Notes: generated by a model not told the origin, from the letters alone. DNA of 64,000 nt from Eledone cirrhosa (GCA_964016885.1 CAXHJY010000235.1:13404-77403), one strand, 5' to 3'. Numbered from the stretch's first letter, positions 14,874 to 28,764 are shown. Numbers and translations are program-made.

Positions 14874-15415
14874 GCATGTGGCCTAGTGGTTAGGATGTTG
14901 GACTCACAATCATAAGGTTCATGGTTTAATTTCCTGATTTGGTGGCTTATGTTCATGAGTAAGACACTTCATTTTATGTTGCTTTTTGTGATAGGACTAG
15001 AACCTCTATCATTAAATCACCTGAAAAACATGAGATGCAGCCTCATACAATGCCAGCTAAATGTATGAAGTCGTGTGTCCTAGTGGTTAGGGTGTTGGAC
15101 TCACAATCATAATGTTGGCAATTTGGTTTCCTGATCTGGTGGTGTGTTGTGTTCATGAGCACAACGCTTCATTTTACGTTGCTTTCTATAATAGGACTGG
15201 AGCCCCTATCATTAAATCACCAAGGCCAGCTAAATCTGTGAAGTCTCTTGTCGAGTAGTTATGGTATTGTGTATTTGGTTCCTGGATAAGACCATGTGTT
15301 GTGTTCTTGAGCAAGATACCTCATTTTAGCTTTTCATGGTATGATTGGAGCCCCTATCATTAAATTACCTGAGAAACTTCTTATGAGATACAATCTTGTA
15401 GGAGAGCAGTTAAAC
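14874..15415 (+). mobile_element. Three head-to-tail copies of tRNA-derived SINE family 2
   Basis: ~180-190-bp units with A-box-like ggcctagtggttagg, gagcaagacacttcattt body and cccctatcattaaatcacc tail, starting at ~14874, ~15070 and ~15245. Confidence 0.75.
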
Positions 15416-16744
15416 CTTCATTAAATAGGAAGTTGGAAGTGAGGATAAAGGTAGTGTCTTTGTTGTTTTTCTACCTTTGTGTAACAAAAGTTTGTGACAC
15501 TACAGTGGGAACAGTACCAACATAGCTTTTTTAGTCACTTTGAAGACCAGATGACCTTACCTATGCACCCAGAAAATATATATGAATTAAATTTGATATA
15601 GGATTGTTAGCCTGTGTTTGTGAATGTATTTCACTCTCACATCAGGCAAAGTTGAGAACTCAGAAATCATAGATATATCCATTGGTTTCTCAGGGAAGAG
15701 GCATCAAAATTGATATAATTTTAACAATCCACAAATCAACATATGTATGATGATAGTTCTTCTATTTCACACTCCATTTCACTAGTTTATTGATTTCTAC
15801 AACCTTGCATTTAGCTGCAATCTGTTCTTGCTTTGTTATTTCTAACATTTTTAGCCTCTATTTTTTTTATTTTTATTTTTTTTATTTGAAACATTTAAGT
15901 TGTTAATCGATGGTGTCTTGTTTTTCAACAACTAAATCAGTTATCGGTATTATCAATGATTGATCTGTTTGTGTGCATGAGTAGCTTTAGCAGTGTGTGT
16001 GTGTGTGTGTGTATGCAGGATACCCATAGATAAAAGGCCAAGGAAAACAATGCTCAATCTTATTTAGTATAAATAAAATTTCATACACTTAACATTACGC
16101 ATGACCATAGGATTCAGGGTCCAGTTATGGCCACCACTATATATTTATACTACATATGTATATATAGGTATGGCAATGTGGTTATGGAATTTGTTTTGCA
16201 ACCACATGGTTTCTAGGTCCACTCCCATTGCATGGCACCTTGGGCAAATGTCTTCCAGTATAACATCAGTTAATTTGGTTGACAGAAACTATGTGGAATC
16301 TCATTACATGTGTGTATGTCTGTTTTATGTTGCGTATCTCAGCTGTTCAACAAAAAGTAATAAAATAAGTAAACAGACTTTAAAAAAAAAGTTCTAGGAT
16401 CAATATAGTCAACTAAAAACCTTAAAGATATATATTTTCTTTATATATATATATTTTTAATAATAATAAATAAATAAATAAATACAAAGATCTGGAACAA
16501 ATACCTTAACAACCCCTCTAATAATTCTGCCAGTCCACCTTCTTTGGCTGCTACTTTAACCCTGGAAGGATGAAACTCAGAGCTTAAACAAATATTGCAA
16601 AGTATTGTCGTACACCCTAACAACTCAACCAATTTATCAGAAAGATGAAAATCAAAGTTAATCTCAGCACAATTTTAGCTGGAACACACATGGAGCCAGA
16701 ATAAATACTGCAAGGCATTACTTTTGACATTCTAATATTTTGGT

Positions 16745-17100
16745 TAGATATATGATGGGGGTTCTGGATGAGTAATATCATGTCAGATCTTGAGTTGATA
16801 CATGGTGGGGGTGTGGATAGGTAATGTGATGTCAGATCTTGAGTTGATATATGATGGGCATAGGGATAGGTAATATCATGTTGGATGATCTTGAATTAAT
16901 ATAGGGGGGGGGGGGGGTAGATGAGTAATATCATGTCAGATATTGAGTTGATACATGGTGGGGGTGTGGATAGGTAATGTGATGTCAGATCTTGAGTTGA
17001 TATATGATGGGCATAGGGATAGGTAATATCATGTTGGATGATCTTGAATTAATATAGGAGGGGGGGGGGGTAGATGAGTAATATCATGTCAGATATTGAG
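16745..17100. repeat. ~50-bp minisatellite with a ~151-bp higher-order duplication
   Basis: gtaatatcatgtcagat.ttgagttgata repeated; 16771-16920 is duplicated at ~16922-17072. Confidence 0.85.
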
Positions 17101-17303
17101 TTAACCCTTTAGCATTTAAACCAGTGGTATTGGGCCAGAATACTCTCCCCTCTTTCTGTTCACACTGGCTATAACCTGCTGCTCATACCAATGTTAAGTA
17201 TTCTCAAAATAAATAAAATCTCGTAGCTTCGATATTATGTGAGATAAAAGCCATTACCGTGAAAATACAATAGTAAATATAGATGTAAATGCTAAAGGGT
17301 TAT
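17101..17303. mobile_element. piggyBac-like MITE, family A
   Basis: ttaaCCCTTTAGCATTTA ... TAAATGCTAAAGGGtta. Confidence 0.85.
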
Positions 17304-19307
17304 ATCATGGTCCTCATATAGTGTCTGCTGTTGGAATCATGATTGGCTGAAAATATAGGCATCAGTCATTGGCAATAGCCATGTATGTACGGCCTCTGTT
17401 TGTGAGGTGCTGTGAATTCACTGGTTGGATCTGGCATATATAGTGTCTGCTGTAGGAATCATGACTGGCTGGCAATATCTGTGTCGGACATCTGCAACCA
17501 CCATGCATGGCTGGCCTCAATTTGCTTAAACCTTCATGGGTGGGCATTGACACAAGTACAAAAAATAACTATGACATTCTGTTTCTGACTGTTCACCATT
17601 GAGGCACAGCTAAGTAAAACAGTCATTCAAATATCTTGTCTTGTCAATTTAATCTTTTCTTTATTCTCACTCTTCTTTTCTGTCTCCTTCTTTACCCCTC
17701 TCACCCTTTCTCTATTTATCTATCTCCTATATATCATCTTTTCTCACTTTCTCTCCACAAACCTCTTTCTGTCTCCCCCCCCCCTCTCTCTCTCTGGTTG
17801 TTTAATGTTAAATTGAGTCCCTTTCACATTTGGTTCTATGTAATACTAGCTAGGAAATTAGATTTCGGAAATTGTATTCAAATTTGGTGTTAGAACTGCA
17901 ACTTTAAAGTTCTTTTTTATTTTTGAGAAATAATTATTTGGCATGATAGTTTTGGTTCTTCTCTCTTTCACACACACACACATACACCCTCTCTCTCATT
18001 TCACACAGGAAGTTCTTTGCAAAAGGAATTTACTCGTAACAATAGATGAGAGGGTGGTGAGAAGAATGAAAGGAAATATATGCAGAATGTGTTTTGGTCA
18101 CCCAAACATGAAATTATTTAAAAATTCAGCTACATAACACTAAAAAGGACTTTTTCAATGGAAAATTATTGGTGCGTAATTGAAATGAGTTGCAGAAATA
18201 CATTCTTCAAATATATTTTATTTTTTATCAAGAAAAAAGCCAAGAAAATTTGCTTAAGTCGTTTTTTTTTTTTCACAAAAATACAGAATGAAAATCTAGG
18301 GTGTGACTTATCTACTGGACCTACACAACCTCAATTAAAAATATATGGTGTAGTGTAAATGTCATATAGAAAATGGTAGTGAGAGTTATACATAAATATA
18401 TGTATATTGTAAAGTGGTTGGTGTTAGGAAGGGTATTCAGCCATAGAAACAAAGCCAAAATACAGATCCATGTGAGCAAGTTGGTATCTGGACCTGGCTT
18501 GACTTATAACATTACAACCAGTCTAGCCTATGCAAGCGTGGAAAAATGGGCATTAAACAACAATGATGATGATGATGATGATGGTATGCAATATATAAAA
18601 TAACTGTATTGTTTATTTTAACTGTGAGAATTTCTCATAAGTTGGGCATGTTCTGGCTCTCTTTGCTCTGAATTTAAATTCTGCTGGAGTCCACTTTACC
18701 TTTTATCCTTTCAAAGTCATTGAAGTAAGTACCAGCCCAGTGTTGGTTCAGCCTTCTGTCCTCCCAGCTATCACACCCTGCATGCTCCATTGGATCAAAG
18801 GGAGGACCAACAGGATGTTTCTCATCATCATCATATCATACATAGACCCTGTAAGGATGAAAGGCAAAGCTAACCTTGGCAGGATTTGAACTAAAAAGGT
18901 AAAGGGCAGTGACTCAATGCTGCAAAGCAGAGTGTCCAACACTCATTGATGTAACAGTAGATATTGTGAACATTGGCATAGCATTTGTGAGTGCTCTAAT
19001 TGCACACTGTCCATACTTATAGGGGTGGGTGCTGAGATCCAATATTGCTTTCTTTTTATAAGTTCTGGAGTATTCATTTGTTTTGTTTTTTTATTACTTT
19101 TTTTTTGTTTTGTTTTGTTTTTTTGTTATTTTTTCTGCTGTTGAAAGAAGCAAGATTGGCATGGCCCCATTGGAAGCTACTTTTAATTGTGCAAGCTTGG
19201 TATGAGGTGTGTCTGTCTAGGTAGTATTTTGTCTGGTATGTAAGAATCATTGAATTTTAAAAATCATAACCTATCAATGAATCACCATTATTATTATCAT
19301 TTCAAAG

Positions 19308-19525
19308 AGCGGTGAATTGGCAGTATTGGTGGAGCGTCGGACAACATGCTTTGTGTCATTTTGTTATGTCCCTTTAAATTCTGACTTCAAATCCCATCAA
19401 GGTTAGCTTTGCCTTTCATCCTTATGGGTCAACAAAACAAAGTACCAGTAATGCACTGAGGTTGATTTAATTGATTTTCTCCTCCCACCAAAATTGTTGG
19501 CCTTTTGCCTAAATCAGAAACCACT
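19308..19525 (+). mobile_element. tRNA-derived SINE family 1
   Basis: gcggtgaattggcagtattgg A box, acttcaaatcc B box, ctttgcctttcatcc body. Confidence 0.85.
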
Positions 19526-20329
19526 ATTATCATTATTTCACATCTACAGTCAGTCAGTTCTTAAAGATTCTGTTCTAGAACCACCACCACTAAACTATCT
19601 AGAAATTCATAAATTGTTAATTTAGATTTTCCCACATTTTTTTTTTAATTTATTTATTTATTTATTTATTTTGTTCTTTTGTATTTATCTTATATTTATC
19701 CTTCCACTTGAAATACAGCCCTGGTAGTTTATCTCCACATCATACTTCTACAGTTCTGTTAATATGATTTTTGGAATAGATTTCATAATTATTGTGACCT
19801 CTAGCTGACCTCAACTTAAGAACAGCTGATGATAGCCACACACATTTATTATTAAAAGAACAGAAGCTTGTCTCATTCCCTGAGGACAGTTTATTCAAAT
19901 ATTTCATTGCACATCCTCACCACAATGTATTTCACAGATGCTCCCCTCTTATTGTATCTTAACTTGAGGGGATCCTTTTTCAATGCAGAAGTTCTTAGAT
20001 AAAATTCCTTTCTGAACTTACAAATGACACAGAAGTAGTCTTTTAAATCTTTTATTATTTTACTGGTTTCAATCTTTAGACTGGCCAGGCCAGGGCACTG
20101 CCTTCATGGGGTTTAATCAATCATATAAACCCTGGTACATATTTTATCAATTTCTATTTACTGAACTGATAAATTACAGAACATAAACAAATACAGACAC
20201 TTACACACACACACTACATATATATTACTTGAAGTATAAGTTTCACCTAGTGATCATCCACAAAGTGAAACTATTGCAAGTAATTTGTTGAAATGAAATA
20301 AATCACCTCACTCTACTCTATGTATAGAG

Positions 20330-20423
20330 GCTTGTATCAAGCTATATCATTTGCTTGTATCAAGCTATATCATTTGCTTGTATCAAGCTATATCATTTGC
20401 TTGTATCAAGCTATATCATTTGC
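20330..20423. repeat. 23-bp tandem repeat x4 (gcttgtatcaagctatatcattt)
   Basis: Direct reading; each unit holds a small gcttg-tat-caagc hairpin. Confidence 0.92.
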
Positions 20424-20465
20424 AACTTGCATAAGTATATGTATGTAGACCTCTCCAACTACATT

Positions 20466-20520
<55 letters not shown>

Positions 20521-20787
20521 CAGGAATCATTCCATCATGGTGCTAACAGAAGTCTGATGAGCTTTTGATTCCAGAGTTGAGCCCAATCAATAGAGATCGA
20601 ACCTTTGAGCTGATCAATTGCGAAACACGCATCACACCTGATTAAATATAAACATTTGGCACTTCATCCATGCTTATTATTATCATTATTTATAAACCCC
20701 CACTGTCCCTGTCTTTGTATTGTCCCAGATATGTCAGCCCTTGTGGCTAATAAATGAAATCATTATTATCATTATTTATATATATAT

Positions 20788-21035
20788 ATAGAATGGAAAA
20801 CGAAAAATCAGTGATGCATCGGAACTCAATTTATTGTGTTACAATTGTTTCCCCGGCAAACAGCTTGAGGTGTGATCTGTGTTTGGATCAGAAAGAGGAT
20901 ATACCCCGAAATCAATAGACGTGTCCGATGCATCAATGAATTTTCGTTTTCCATTCTATCATACTCTGCTCCATAGGAGCATAGAGTGCTCAACCGGCAT
21001 ACCGCATATGGATCCATCTTAGCTACCATAAGACA
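20788..21035. mobile_element. Inverted-repeat Penelope-like remnant
   Basis: ~35-bp arms tagaatggaaaacgaaaa.tca.tgatgcatcgga / tccgatgcatca.tga.ttttcgttttccattcta. The minus strand has GAAA-CAATTG-TA-acacaataaa, the 3' half of a hammerhead with a palindromic loop. Confidence 0.5.
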
Positions 21036-21074
21036 TATATGTATATATATGTATATATATATATGTGTATATAT

Positions 21075-22390
21075 GTCCTGCAGGCAATAACGGAGGAGTT
21101 TAAGACCGGATGCCCATGGGAACTCCTGTATGCTGATGACCTCGCACTCATAGCTGAATCTATGGTAGAACTAGAGAATAAATTCCAAACCTGGAAGCAG
21201 GGACTAGAAAGAAAGGGCCTCAAAGTCAACATGACAAAGACTAAGGTCCTTGTAAGTAGACGAGAAAACAGAACCCAGACCCCCTCAGGGAAATGGCCTT
21301 GCTCAGTATGTAGGAAAGGTGTAGGTAGGAACTCCATTCTCTGCCCCAAATGCAAACAATGGGTACACAAGAGATGTAGCGGGATCTCAGGAAGCTTAAT
21401 TAAGAATGTAGGATTCACATGCAGCAGCTGTGCTGAGACAGCAAACAGCCACAGGAAACAAGTACCACCAATCTCTGGGAGGGCCCTGTAGAAACAGTTG
21501 ACAGCTTCTGCTACCTAGGTGACCGAATTAGCAACGGAGGTGGGTGTTCAGAAAGTGCAATAACTAGGGTAAGAACGGGATGGAAGAAGTTTAGGGAACT
21601 ACTACCACTGCTAGCTGCAAAAGGCTTCTCCCTCAGAATGAAAGGCAGACTGTATGATGCGTGTATCCGAACAGCGATGTTGCATGGTAGTGAGACCTGG
21701 ACGCTGAAGGTGGAAGACTTACGGAGATTAGAGAGAAACGAAGCCTGCATGCTCCGATGGATGTGTAATAGTAATATACGCGAACGACAAAGCATAAATG
21801 AATTGAGAGAGAGACTGAGCATAAGAGGAATCAAATGCTGTGTGCAGGAGTGGCGGTTGCGCTGGTATGGACATGTGATGCGTATGAAGGATGATAGCTG
21901 CATAAAAAGGTGCAGAGCACTAGAAGTAGATGGAAACCGCGGAGTGGGGAGACCCAAGATGACCTGGGATGAGGTGATAAAAGCCGACCTTACCCAATTA
22001 CACCTCTCAAAGACAATGACACACGACCGTGACTTCTGGCGTCACGCAGTAATACAGAGTACCAGACCTCCCATGGGTACAAGCTGAAGCATATAGACAA
22101 TATGCCCCCACACCCCCCACCGCAAGGTGGTCGTGGAGGTGCCACGGCAAAAAAGCACCCAGCCCACACTGTAAAGTGGACGTGTAGGCGCCACGAAAAA
22201 GCACCCAGCACTCACTGTAAATGAGGTTGGTGTTAGGAAGGGCATCCAGCTGTAGAAATCAAGCCAAATCAGTTCCTGTATGAGCAAGGCATGGTCAGCC
22301 GGCCAGACACTGCCCACAACAGAACAACCCGTCTAACCCATGCTAGCGTGGAAGAACGGACGTAAAAGGGTGATGATGATGATGATGATG
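21075..22390 (+). mobile_element. 5'-truncated RTE LINE, second subfamily, one frameshift
   Basis: RT motif PWELLYADDLALIA, PHD-like Cys cluster, VDSFCYLG region, C-terminal RLRWYGHVMRM..GRPKMTW, 3' UTR and (GAT)n tail; TA microsatellite on both sides. Confidence 0.95.
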
Positions 22391-23749
22391 CTTATATATA
22401 TATATACTTATATATATATATATACTTATATATATATATGTGTGTGTGTGTGTGCATAGAAAGATGTATAGAGATAAATAAACAAGTTCCATTGTCAAGA
22501 CTGTTTTGATGGTTGTTTGTGTATATATATACACACACACACATGCATACATACTTTTTTTTTAATTTCAACTGTAACTTATTAAATTCATACTCTTCAC
22601 TTGACATTCCTCGTGAATACTAATTGTCTGTTAATTTGAACAAATTGACAGATTTAATTAACCTGTTCTCCTGCGGTGTCTATAGAGTGTATTCCTGTTT
22701 TTTATCTATCTATTTATTTGTTTGTTTGTTTGTTTTAGTCATGATAAGCCAATTACTACACATCCATTGTAAGCTGTGTTATGACTGGGTTAGTGAAATA
22801 GGAGGATATCAAATATATCAAACAAGCCTCATGAGGGTATCACATACGCACACACCCAACTTCGGGAGGATATCACACATTCCAGATATCAAATCAAACA
22901 TCATGTGGGTACCACATACACTCACCCACCTGACTCCAGGAGATATCAAACACCCAACCAACCTCATGACAGTATCACACATCCATCTACCAAAGTTCTG
23001 GAGAGTATAACGCATACAAATCTATTAGAAGAGTATCAATATCCATCCAGTCTCTCTGGGAGGTACCAGACAACCCCCCAACACTCGGAGCGTGTCAAAC
23101 ACACACATACATATACAGCAGTGTATCACACACATACACACACCCTCACACTCTTTCACACACATACACACAAGCCCCTCCACACACACACAGAAAAGAG
23201 TATCACACATCCACCCAGCCACCCGATTGTCAACATGGTTTTAATTGTTGCTGATAATGAGATTATTTTAACTAAGTGGCTGCCTGTCATTTTCATTTCT
23301 TCTGTAAACCTAAAATACAGTTTCTAGCTGACATTTATTGACCTGAAAATAAATAAATAAACCTTTGAAAATGTCCCAAGTTTTCAGTGAGAAAGCTAGG
23401 TGTCATTGAATTACTTTTGACAGAGAGGTGGTTTGTTAGACCCTTAAATGTAAGGTCAGTTGTGTGCTCTGGGAAGAAGTTTTGTAGTTGGTATTTATCA
23501 AAGCTTTATCATCAGTCCTTTTCTTTTCATCTTAGAGAAGGAGGGGGGGGGGGGGGGGGGGGTTGATTAACAAGATCCCAGACCTCATTCACTTACTTGA
23601 ATGAGGTGAAACTCATCAAATTGGACCAAGGAAACAATGTTTTCATTGGTCTTTCCATTGCTGGTTCTATCTACCAGTTGAAACTCCTGACAGAATTTTC
23701 ATCTTCGAGAAACCATATTTCTTTTCTTACAGGAAGATATGTCTTTCCT

Positions 23750-23977
23750 TTAACACTTTAGAACTTACATTACTCTACATTTACTATTATATTTTCACTG
23801 TAAACACTTTATCTCACATAATTATTTCAAATATCGAATCTATGAGATTTTGTTATTATATATATTGAGAATAATACCTTAATTTTGGTATGAGGGGCTG
23901 GTTATAGCCAGATTGAACAGGAGGTGGTGAGAGAAATTCTGGCCGAGTATGGCCGGTTTAAAAGTAAAAAGGGTTAA
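23750..23977. mobile_element. piggyBac-like MITE, family A, degenerate
   Basis: Body matches 11708-11954; TTAA at both ends. Confidence 0.75.
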
Positions 23978-24636
23978 GTTTTAAAATTATGAACAATTAT
24001 GTACGAGATAACAACTATAGCATATATTTTAAGGCATTTTCCTGCAGGGATTAATTAGCTTTGCAAGTCCAATGATTGGCTTTATATTCATTATGGGGGT
24101 CCTTTTTATGGCAATGTTCTACATCTGTGGATGTCCTTCCTGGTGCCAATCCATTTTAGTTACCTCTTATGGCATTGAGATATGGTGTGTATTCTAAACC
24201 AGATATCCTCATCTATATGAGGTTTGTATGTATGGTCCCATAACTCCCAGGGAAGTTTTAGGGGTGCTGCATTGACATGCAGTGTTTCTAGGGCATTTTT
24301 TAACCTGGTGATGCCCATCTCTCTCTTGAGTACAGCAGATTTCTTCCAGAGTGAGAGAATGAAAGTGAGGAAGAGATATAGTGGAAGAATCAACCCCTGT
24401 ACTAGACTGGTACATTCTTCATCGACCCTGGATGGACAAAAGGCAAAGCCGACCTCAGTATGTGAGGTTTAGTGAACTAATTAACTTTCAACTTAATCCT
24501 ACTACCCATTTGAGACTGCCCCTAGTCCCATGACATAAGCTTGCTGTTTTAAAGTGTTTGTACCTAAATTAAAACCCTCCAACATAAGTATGTAAGGCTA
24601 TTTTGTTAAGTTGTTCCAAAAAGCAGCTTAATAATG

Positions 24637-24838
24637 GTTTCTGATTTAGGCACAAGGCCAACAATTGGGGGGGGGGTGCAAACTTGATTAAATCGACCCC
24701 AGTACATTACTAGTACTTTATTTTAGGAACCTTGTAAAGCTAATCTCGGTAGGATTTGAAATCAGAACGTAAAGGGCCGTGACTCTGTGTAACAAAGTAT
24801 GGTGTCTGATGCCATTACGACTCTGCCAATCTACCACC
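24637..24838 (-). mobile_element. tRNA-derived SINE family 1
   Basis: ttaggcacaaggcc...gatttgaaatcagaac...ctgccaatctacc. Confidence 0.8.
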
Positions 24839-25174
24839 TTCCTTCCAGCAGTGAGTTATTCTACTAAATTCTATAAAATTCTGAATCATTTTCAAAATTA
24901 ATAAAAACACAGTGTATTCCTTTGGAATTGTGGTCATTTATTTGATGTAACAATTCTGCTTATCTAGCTGTTGTAATAACTCTTTCTAACATTGGCACAT
25001 GGCCAACAATTTTGGGGAAAGTGAAAATCAATTATAATGACCCCAGTATTTCATCTGTCCTGGAAAGATGGAAAGCAAGGTTGACTGCAGTGGGATTTGA
25101 ACTCAAAACATAAAGGGGTGCAATTAAACAGCGCAAAATATTTTGTCCTATCTTTCACCTTAATAAGACAAATG

Positions 25175-25653
25175 TTTACCTATTTAAACCGGCCGTATCC
25201 GGCCAGAATTATCTCACCTCTTTCTGTTCAAACTAACCATAACTTTAAGGTATTGTTCTCAAAATAAATATCAAAATCTCATAGAGTCAATATTATGTGA
25301 GATAATTACGTGAGGTAAAGCCATTACCATGAAAATATAATACAATATATAGAATAATGTAAATGCTAAAGGGTTAAATTTAATGTCTCAGATAATAATG
25401 AATTTTTTTCATCACAGTGACTCTTATCATAAGGTTTTATATAGAATTTATAATATGGAATAAACAATTGGTTTGATGCTGCTTAACCATTCAGCATTTA
25501 TATTACTCTATATTTATTATTCATGGTAAAGGCTTTATCTCACATAATATTGAATCTACGGGATTTTGAGAACAAGTATGAGCAGCTGGTTTGAACAGAA
25601 ATAGGTGAGAGAATTCTGGCTGGATACGGCTGGTTTAAATGCTAAAGGGTTAA
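25175..25653. mobile_element. Two piggyBac-like family A MITEs in opposite orientation (25175-25377 and 25483-25653)
   Basis: Both end in taaatgctaaagggttaa; the bodies are reverse complements, ~105 bp apart. Confidence 0.8.
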
Positions 25654-26639
25654 ATATTTTTTTCTTTGTGTGTGTGTTAGAGGCAGCTTTGCAATCATCA
25701 TAGCTTGGGCTGAATCCCAATGCTAGGCTTTTTGAACCCTTGGGAGTAAAATTTTGAAAAATAGAAACTGTTTGGAAGCCCATCAGATGGACTGTACTTG
25801 TAATCCAAAGAGCCAGCTTTGTTACACATTGTGTCATACTGAATCTTGCTGAGAATTATGTTAAGGGTACACATGCCTGTGGAATGTTCCATTTGCATGT
25901 TATTAATTTCAAGAGCAGGTCGTTCCATTGATCAAACAACTGGAGTTCCAAAATTCCAGCAGGTATGACTGTGTGTGTGTTATTGTTTAAAACAACAAAT
26001 CAGCATGCTTCTGGCTGGATCTACACAACACTGCACCAAAGAATAAGCATCACTACCACCACATCCACCAACAACAACAGCAACAAGTTCACTCATTATA
26101 AATGGCATTGTACTTGGTTTCCAATCTATGAAGTAGTTGAGGGTGTGAGGTAATGGTGGGAGGAGTGAAGTAGTAGTAAGGGAGGGGTGTGGTATTGGAG
26201 GCAGTGGTAGGAGTGTGATAATGATGATGGTAGGTGTGAGGTGGTGGTGGTAGTAGTGATGTTGGTAGTGTTGGTGGTGGTGAGTGAGGCAGAAGTGTGA
26301 TAATGGTGGGTGAAAAAGGTGAGGTAGTGGTGGTGGTGGGAGGAGTGTGGTAGTGGTAGTCAGTGGAGAAGTGTGAGAATGGTGTGTGGAAGGAGCAAGA
26401 TAGTGGTAGTGGTGGTTGTGTGAGAAGGAATTCACCTTCATGGTGGTGTGAGGTGGTAGTGGTGGTCGTGTGAGGAGGAATTCACCTTCATGTCTCCTTC
26501 TTTTGTGGATTTCCCTCATCATGGAGCTGTCAGGAAGTTAACCTTCCATTGACATTAATAGAAGCTTGTGTGCGGGTATGTATGTATTTGTGTGCATGTA
26601 TTTATATATCTGTCTCTGTGAGTGATTTTAATGTGTGTG

Positions 26640-26781
26640 TGTTTATATACATTATATATACATATACACACACATATATATACATAAATATACACAAACA
26701 TATATATATACATATACACACACACATATATACATACATATACACACACACACACACACACATATATATACGCACACGCAC

Positions 26782-26818
<37 letters not shown>

Positions 26819-26873
26819 CACATATATACACATATATACACATATATACACATATATACACATATATACACAT

Positions 26874-26903
<30 letters not shown>
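26640..26903. repeat. (CA)n/(TA)n compound microsatellite
   Basis: Direct reading. Confidence 0.95.
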
Positions 26904-26905
<2 letters not shown>

Positions 26906-27049
26906 GCTCCATCAGTTTAAACTGATGAATCAAAATAACCCTTTGACATTTCCACTGCTGTTCAGTCCTCCAAGGTAGTTTACTCAGGTTTTTAGTTGTT
27001 TGGTTTAGTTGCATTCTTCATTTACATGAAATCCACTACTGCAGCTGCT

Positions 27050-27455
27050 TTTTCTCTCTCTTCTTTTCTTTCTCTTCTTTTCTTTCTCTTCTTTTCTTTC
27101 TCTTCTTTTTTTCTTTCTCTTCTCTACTTTCACTTTCACTATTTCACTTTTAGTTTTTACTTTTTACATTTTTTTCTTTAGATTTCTCTTACTTTTCTTT
27201 CCCTACATTCTTTTTCTCCTCTCTATTTCTCTATTCGCTCTCCCCTATATCTTTCCATTCCCTTCCTCTATTCCTTCCATCCTCTCTGTATCTCTATATC
27301 CTCATCTTTCTAGTCCATCTCCCTTCCATTGTGTCCTACCTTCTTGCTCTCCTCCTCTTATTCTTTCTCTCTCTATCCTCCCGCTCACACTTTCTTGTCT
27401 ATTTTTCACTTTTTCACCTACACATTCTCTCTCTCTCTCTCTCTCTTTCTCTCTT

Positions 27456-27488
<33 letters not shown>

Positions 27489-27510
27489 TTCTCTCTCTCT
27501 CTCTCTCTGC
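27050..27510. repeat. Polypyrimidine/(CT)n tract
   Basis: Direct reading. Confidence 0.9.
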
Positions 27511-27614
27511 CACAGGCAGGCATAATCAAGTAGTTAAGAAGTTTGCTTTGTAATCATGAGGTCAGAGGTTTAATTCCACTGCATCGAATTTTGTTATGGT
27601 TCATGCCTATGTAG

Positions 27615-27985
27615 TTTTCACTGACTTCCTATTAGGCTGCAACTTGCAGGTGGTTTCTTGGGTGTTTTAATGATAGTGGCTCCCTATTGCTCACACCTAC
27701 ATAGGTTTAGCTGGCCTCATATGAAGCTGCATCTTGTAGGAGGTTGCTGGAGTGTTTTAAATATTGGTGTTCCTATTGCTCACAAATACATAGGTTTAGC
27801 TGGCCTCCTATGTAGCTGCATCATGTAGGAAGTTTCTAGGGTGTTTTAATGATAGTGACTCCTTACTAACACTTATGTAGGTTTTGCTGACCTATGAAAC
27901 TGTAACATATAGGTTTCTTGGGTTTTTTGCTCACACCTACATAGGTTTAGCTGACCTCCAATGTGGCTGCAGTTTCTCATAGGAT
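27615..27985 (-). mobile_element. SINE family 2 tail modules, ~92 bp x4
   Basis: Repeated ggtgttttaatgatag..gctcacacctacataggtttagctggcctc, the reverse complement of the module at 4850-5300. Confidence 0.7.
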
Positions 27986-28764
27986 GTTTAGGGGGAGGTC
28001 TTTAATTCTTTCATTAGTATATGTATTATACTTTGTATAACATATAATTTATATTTTAATTAATGAAGAATTTGGGAAGTATTTATTGAAATTATGATTT
28101 CATTAAGATGGTATTAGGAACATTTTGAAATAGGGGGGTTTTGTTTTCTAGAAACAGTGGCAATTTGGGGCAGGTCAAATCAAAGGAGCTATTTATGACG
28201 GGCCCCAAGCCTATTGTGACAAGTATATTTTACCATAGCCTCTGTTCAAACCCTGTGAATGAAATTGGGGGAAATTGTGTGGAAGCCAATTGAGTTTATT
28301 ATACCTGTAATTCAAATGTACTAATATTGTCACATATTTTGTCATGCTGAATTGCTCTCAAGGTTATTTTATAGGTAGGTATGCCTGTGGAGTACTCAGC
28401 CACTTACATAGTAATTTAACAAGTAGGATGTTCAGCTGAATAACAATGTTCTTAGCTGAAACCAAGGGTGGAGAGATGAAGTCAGATAAATCTGAAATGT
28501 CTGTCATGTTTCTGGCTTTCTGTTCTCTCTCTCTCTCTCATATATATGTCCTGTCTTTGACTCCAGCCTGCTATACCAACCAAGACAATTCCATAAATTT
28601 AAGATTAATAATTAAGCTACAGGTGGATTGCTAAGGCCAGTGCTTTAACTTCCTGGATCCAACAGACTTAATTAATTAAGGAAAGAGGAAAGTAATCAGC
28701 TTTTGAATAGAATATCACTCTATTACAGTTCACCATTGCTAGTTGATGTTGTGACTCTTCCATA

